NCBI GenBank assembly: GCA_951406725.2 | Contig: OX597818.1 | Span: forward strand, 111,848,001-111,912,000 | DNA length: 64,000 nt | Direction: 5' to 3' | Origin: Octopus vulgaris | Taxonomy: Eukaryota | In this document: positions 57,846 to 64,000 of the stretch, in pieces | How the letters are laid out: every line of letters begins with the position of its first letter | Position numbering within the stretch: the first letter of the stretch is position 1 | The notes under the pieces: model-generated | What the model was told of the DNA's origin: nothing | The model's input: the letters and a program-made list of their open reading frames with translations, nothing else | Database searches by the model: none | Translations under genes and position numbers: made by a program

Positions 57846-59692
57846 AAGTGTCTTCTGTAAGATGTGTCCCTTGGGACTCTCAACTTTCCCCAGCATTAGG
57901 AGAGGTGTTTTTAAAAACCCTGGGCTAAAACTGTTTACCGCAGTTTGAACGCATATATTCACTTTCAATATTGAAAGGGTTAAATTACTGCGTGTATCGG
58001 CGCGGATTAAGTCCGGTGAAAATCGAAGATGGTAGCGCTTGGTCTCAGAACGGAATGGAACATAATTGTAAACGTACACCGCAAAGCAATTTGTCTGGTT
58101 CTCTGCTCTCTGCTGCCCTTAATGGACTTTACTTATTAACACCAATGCAGACATTATTGTTCTTTATATGTGCGTAGTGAATCATGTAAATTTACGATAA
58201 AAGAACTTTCCTATCTAAATCTTAATGGAGAACTTCTAGAGCAGAGATGTTTGATGTAAAATCCACGACTGACATTTCGTCTGGCGAGAAACTAACCGCC
58301 ACATTTATCTACTTTAACAATGTCTTAGTCTGGACAATGTTTTTCCAAATATAGTTTTCGCCATTGAATTCATTGTTATTTATAGAGTCCTCATAGAAAG
58401 ACAACAACAAGTAAAGCAAGAAGAAAAATCTATAGCCCGTTTAAAGGCAGTCTAGCGAATAAAGATTGTCTTAAAATTCTTGAAGAAATCGTAGAAGGAG
58501 AGAAAGAAGAAAAAGTGGTAAGTAGGGAGGTTTGGGGGAGGGCGTGATGGGGGAGAAAGATTGACTGGGGATCGTATATCAGGGTAAAGTTGTACGAAGC
58601 TCGATTAGAACCGGTTCTATGTAGTTTATTGATAGTGAAAGACAATACGTAACGTGAGTTTTATAGACGGAAAAGAAAATTATTCGACAGCGTATGATTC
58701 CACTGATTTGTTTGAAGAGAAAAAGAAAAAAAAAACCTTTGCAGTTTTTCAAAAAACAACAGTCTAAATGTGCATTGTTTTTTTTTTTATTTTGTTGTGC
58801 TGTTGACCTATATCTTACAAAGCAGGGATCGTAGTTGCAGAACAATAAATAAACGGAGTCTTTTATGCCGAAACATAAAACGTATCACTATATTTTACAG
58901 AATCTTCGTGTTATCGTTTTGTAGTCGCAGGGATTTTAAACTCAATAATGAAGAGAAATGTAGGAATTGTGTTTCATTTTTATTCCAGTTGCATTTTTGT
59001 TGAAGTTAGTTTTTAATTTCCCCAGATATAAAATAACGACCGACCAAGATATTTATCGTTAGTGGCGGTCGTATCATGTTTGTTTACCAGGCTGCCGATG
59101 TGTCAAATATTCATTGTCTGTTTATTCATTCAATCACTGACATTTTCTCGTTTTTTTATTCATTTGTTTATTTATATTTTACTTCATTTATTGTTAAACA
59201 AGATTAGAAATCTTATTTTAGATACCAAGTTTATCGATTATTGCTGTTTCGGAAACAGTTATCTCTTGCTAAATCTTGTTGCGAAACCAAGCGTTATCTA
59301 TCGAAGAATAAATTCTCAGTTCCTGTATAGTGTATCCATGTCGTTGGGGCTTAGAGACATCTTTGACCTCTGTACGATTTAATTTATTGATACCAGCTCA
59401 GACCGAGATTTAAGTAATGATTTTTGTCAGAAGCGAAAGGAAATGGAGTCAATACCAGCCACCTAATACTGACTGATTTCACCGATGTCAACATGAGAGA
59501 TGAAAATAGAAATCTTTAAGTTATTTAACTTAATCAATTATTCGATTTGTACCATTTGCACAATTTCATTTAGAACAGAGAGATTAGCAAATGAACCACT
59601 ACTTATATGGCGCCCCCTCCATTCCTAGCATTGTCAAGTGGATATTCGAGAAAGCATGAACCTCATACAGAATGATTTAGCTTTATTAAATA

Positions 59693-60058
59693 CTAGCAGT
59701 ATCCCCCCGCATTGCTCGGGTTTGTTTCGACCCTTTAGAATTGGAATTTTTGAAAGGTAAAAATTTTGCATTATGCAGCTTGTTATTCTCTTTAAGTTGA
59801 AATACACCGAAAAATGGCGACACAGCAGTCAAAAATAGGGATTTTCATAGAAAAATAGCACCTTTTTGATGTACATAAATTTTAGTGTTAACATGGTCCG
59901 ATTTGAATTTTTTCTTCTACGGAATGAAGAGCAAGCCGTCTGCTATCATACTCTCAATTTTGGTCAACTTGCGCTGCAGGGTCTCGGAGGAGATAATGTT
60001 AGTTGAAGGCTACCAAACCTGCCACACACAGATAACTTCAGCTGTATATATAGAGAGA
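59693..60058 (-). mobile_element. Non-autonomous Helitron (366 bp)
   Basis: Minus strand starts A|TC…, ends with a GC-rich hairpin (CCCGAGCAATGCGGGG) followed by CTAG|T. Inserted in an AT dinucleotide with no TSD. Confidence 0.8.
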
Positions 60059-60596
60059 TTTAATTTAATAAGCTGTTGAATAAGCGGAGCCGAAAAATAT
60101 TTAATGAGTGTATCTTTTAAGAAACTCATTTTATAAATTCTAATCCTTTCAAATATTATTTACGTAAGTTTACTGCTGCTTCCAACCAAAAGCTTTATCT
60201 TTCAACTGTATCAGATTTATGAAGCCGGAGTTAAGAGCGAGCGCTTATATTCTCTTATATCTGGCAGATATTTTCTTTGTTAATGCACAAATATTTGATG
60301 TTATAGATTTATTGAAGATATTCCTGTATTTCCTGAGTCTTAATCAACATTCCACGCTTAACAAATCAACGATTATTACTTCATCGCAACACTAAAACAG
60401 ATATCATAGCAGACTTTACACAGCAACTTTACTTTCGTCTGTATAACATTTCCGTCAAAGAGTGAAAATGAACCGTTTACGAAATAAGGGATGAAAGTCT
60501 ATGGAGGAGTGTGACGTCGCAGAGGCTTGTAAACGCATACTTAATGTAAGGAAATAGGAAGTTCGACAGAGAGGGGTGATATGTTGCGTTTTGCGC

Positions 60597-60736
60597 CTGG
60601 TACTTACTCTATCGTTCCCGTTTTGCCGAACCGCTAATTTACAGGGACGTAAAGAATGCATCACTATCGAGTGTCGGTGGTGGTGGTAGTGGGGTAGAAA
60701 CACAGACGGAACGATAAAAGCACGCACACGCACTTC

Positions 60737-60788
<52 letters not shown>

Positions 60789-60921
60789 ATATACACACAC
60801 ACGCGCGACGGGTTTCTTTAGTTTTCGTCTACCAAATTCATTCACATGGCTTTGGTCGAGGCTCTAAAAGAAGACACTTCCCGAAAGTACCACGCAGTGG
60901 GACTGAACCCAGAACTGCGCC
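60597..60921 (-). mobile_element. SINE family A, truncated at both ends
   Basis: Family motifs around the internal (TA)n. Confidence 0.78.
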
Positions 60922-62111
60922 TGTTATGTGTAAAATAATTATGGTGTTAAAGAATTCCCCTTAACCTTAGAAACTGCAACGACAGTGTGATGGAGAATTC
61001 ACGAAAATAGTAAAGACTGAAAATACAAATGGTTTAGTCTTAACAACTGGAAATTCTGCTGTTTAATCTCTGGTATAAGATCAGAATATGGTGCATTGTT
61101 AGAACCATACAAAGTTAAAACTTGAAAATGTTCAAATTTATATGGTTTGATATGTTAAATCATATTCTATTATAATCTTCTACCTGTAAATATAATGTCC
61201 TTCTTTTAAAAATTCTGTCATTAAAATCTAAAATAAAGAAATAAACGCATAGAGCAGCCATTTTAAAAGTGTTAAAAAGATTATGGAGATATAATATTCA
61301 AAGGCAAAATCAACTATCCATACTTGCTCATCCATCATTCCGAAAGATGATGTCAAAACAACATTTCTGGTTGTTGGAGAATGGCTGATCACAACTAGAA
61401 ACACGAGAAAATTATAATTTATAACCATTGCTACAAGTTAGTTTTATATCCATAAATTCTCATTAACTAAGTTATGAGAAATACAAATTCCATTGACAGT
61501 TACAAATATCCACATCCTAAATTTTATTTTCAACAAAATGGCTTTTATAAAAATAAAAATGATCAAAAGCATATCAGCCGTTACTATCTCATCATTGGTT
61601 TCAAATAGAATTTGAGGAATATTTGGCTGGTATTTCTGGCAAATAGGGCAACAACTTAGAAGCTCCCTCGTTGATGGTTTATATGGTTCAATAACGTTCC
61701 AATGTTGAATGTGTGGAAATCAAAGATGATTTCTTGAAATCGAAATAATATAACATCGCGTTAGATGGAATCCATACGTACACACGATGACAGCTTCACA
61801 TATATTCACATACACGCGTATCCGACACGTTGACACGAGATAGCACGGCGAGATGAACTTACTGCAATGTGTATAATATAATTATGCCCTAACAAATGTT
61901 TATGATTTATCAGTAGAAGGAGAAAAATTCTCTCCCACACCACACAATATATATGTATGCATGTGTATGCATGTATACATATACACACATACACACAGGT
62001 ATATACATCAATACTTGTACACACATACGTGTGCGTGCATCTACAAGCGGGCACACATGTGTAGGCACATGGGCGTACGTACGTATATATGTATGTGTGT
62101 ATAATGTATGC

Positions 62112-62190
<79 letters not shown>

Positions 62191-62191
62191 C

Positions 62192-63050
<859 letters not shown>

Positions 63051-64000
63051 AGAAAATTATATATATATGTGTGTGTGCGTGTCTATGTATATTACAGTTT
63101 TGAATTAAAAACACAACTTTGAGGGCTAAAAAAAGACCACTGACTACCACACAACTAAGTGAAACGAATCGTGTCTACCGGGAATTGTTAAGAGGATGCT
63201 GTAAGCTTTCGGAGACATTTGGTATATATGTCTAACATTTCTGTGGCATTGTAGACGATTTGTTATTGATTTAAAGATAATTGTACAACTTTTCAAGATG
63301 GCTGCTGTCTTTCCTTGGAAATAATTTGCTTTTGATTAAAAGATAAATAAATAAAAACTACCCAGTGTGGTGAAGGCTCCAAGTTAGACGAGTCTCTTGT
63401 TCAAATCTTACTGAATGGTGTTTGGAGCTTTGATAACCAACAACAGAATAGACTATTCGTGAAGTTTGTCGCCACAATACGCTCCTAACACTATATCATC
63501 AATGTGAGAAAGATCCTCGGGGAGAATAACCTCATGACTTACAGCTTTGTGTGAATTTAAAAAAAAGGTTGAACAAACTGCCATTTTTGATACTGCCATC
63601 TCCACTTTCTCTCTTGTATCCATCAAATTTCAAAACCGAATTCAATCGAAATGACATATAAATAACAATATAACTGTATGACTGTATGTACTGTATATTT
63701 CGAATTGTTTTTGAACATGGTGAAATAGGAAAGACAAGATACACATTCCCCAACGCCTTACGTGTCAACTCAAAAACTAACTGAACAAAAACACTTTTAA
63801 AAGATAAGTTATAGACAACTATTTGATAAAAACTGTTCTGTCACCAACTCCAGTTTCTAATAATTCATCACGAGAAGTTCGTCTTCATATCTTGTTAATG
63901 TATTATTTACCATTTTCTACCGATATTTTAATTTTGTTCTCTCTCTTTTATTTGCGCTTTTTATGTAGTAGGTCGTATATATATATATTTTTTCTTTTCT

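Overview
AT-rich, repeat-saturated eukaryotic non-coding DNA (a large intron or intergenic region). The SINE repertoire and microsatellite density strongly suggest an Octopus genome; this is an inference from recognised repeat families, not from a search. No host protein-coding gene can be confidently called, and almost all ORFs in the track are microsatellite translations. The real coding remnants are decayed retrotransposons: a Tx1/L1 RT, several R4/Dong-type RLE C-termini and an RTE-BovB fragment. The window also holds more than 35 copies of three tRNA-derived SINE families, a ~550-bp (TAA)n-flanked element, a Helitron, a hAT MITE and a pogo/Tigger remnant. Highlights: (1) several type-I hammerhead ribozyme motifs in Penelope-like elements, including one fully canonical copy at 9503-9556 (-) and one fused to a tRNA-derived Pol III head; (2) an ~820-bp segment duplicated 22 kb apart whose ~400-bp core is far more conserved than its flank; (3) a SINE family whose units repeatedly join at the same motif in its own head. 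All alignments and folds were done by eye.
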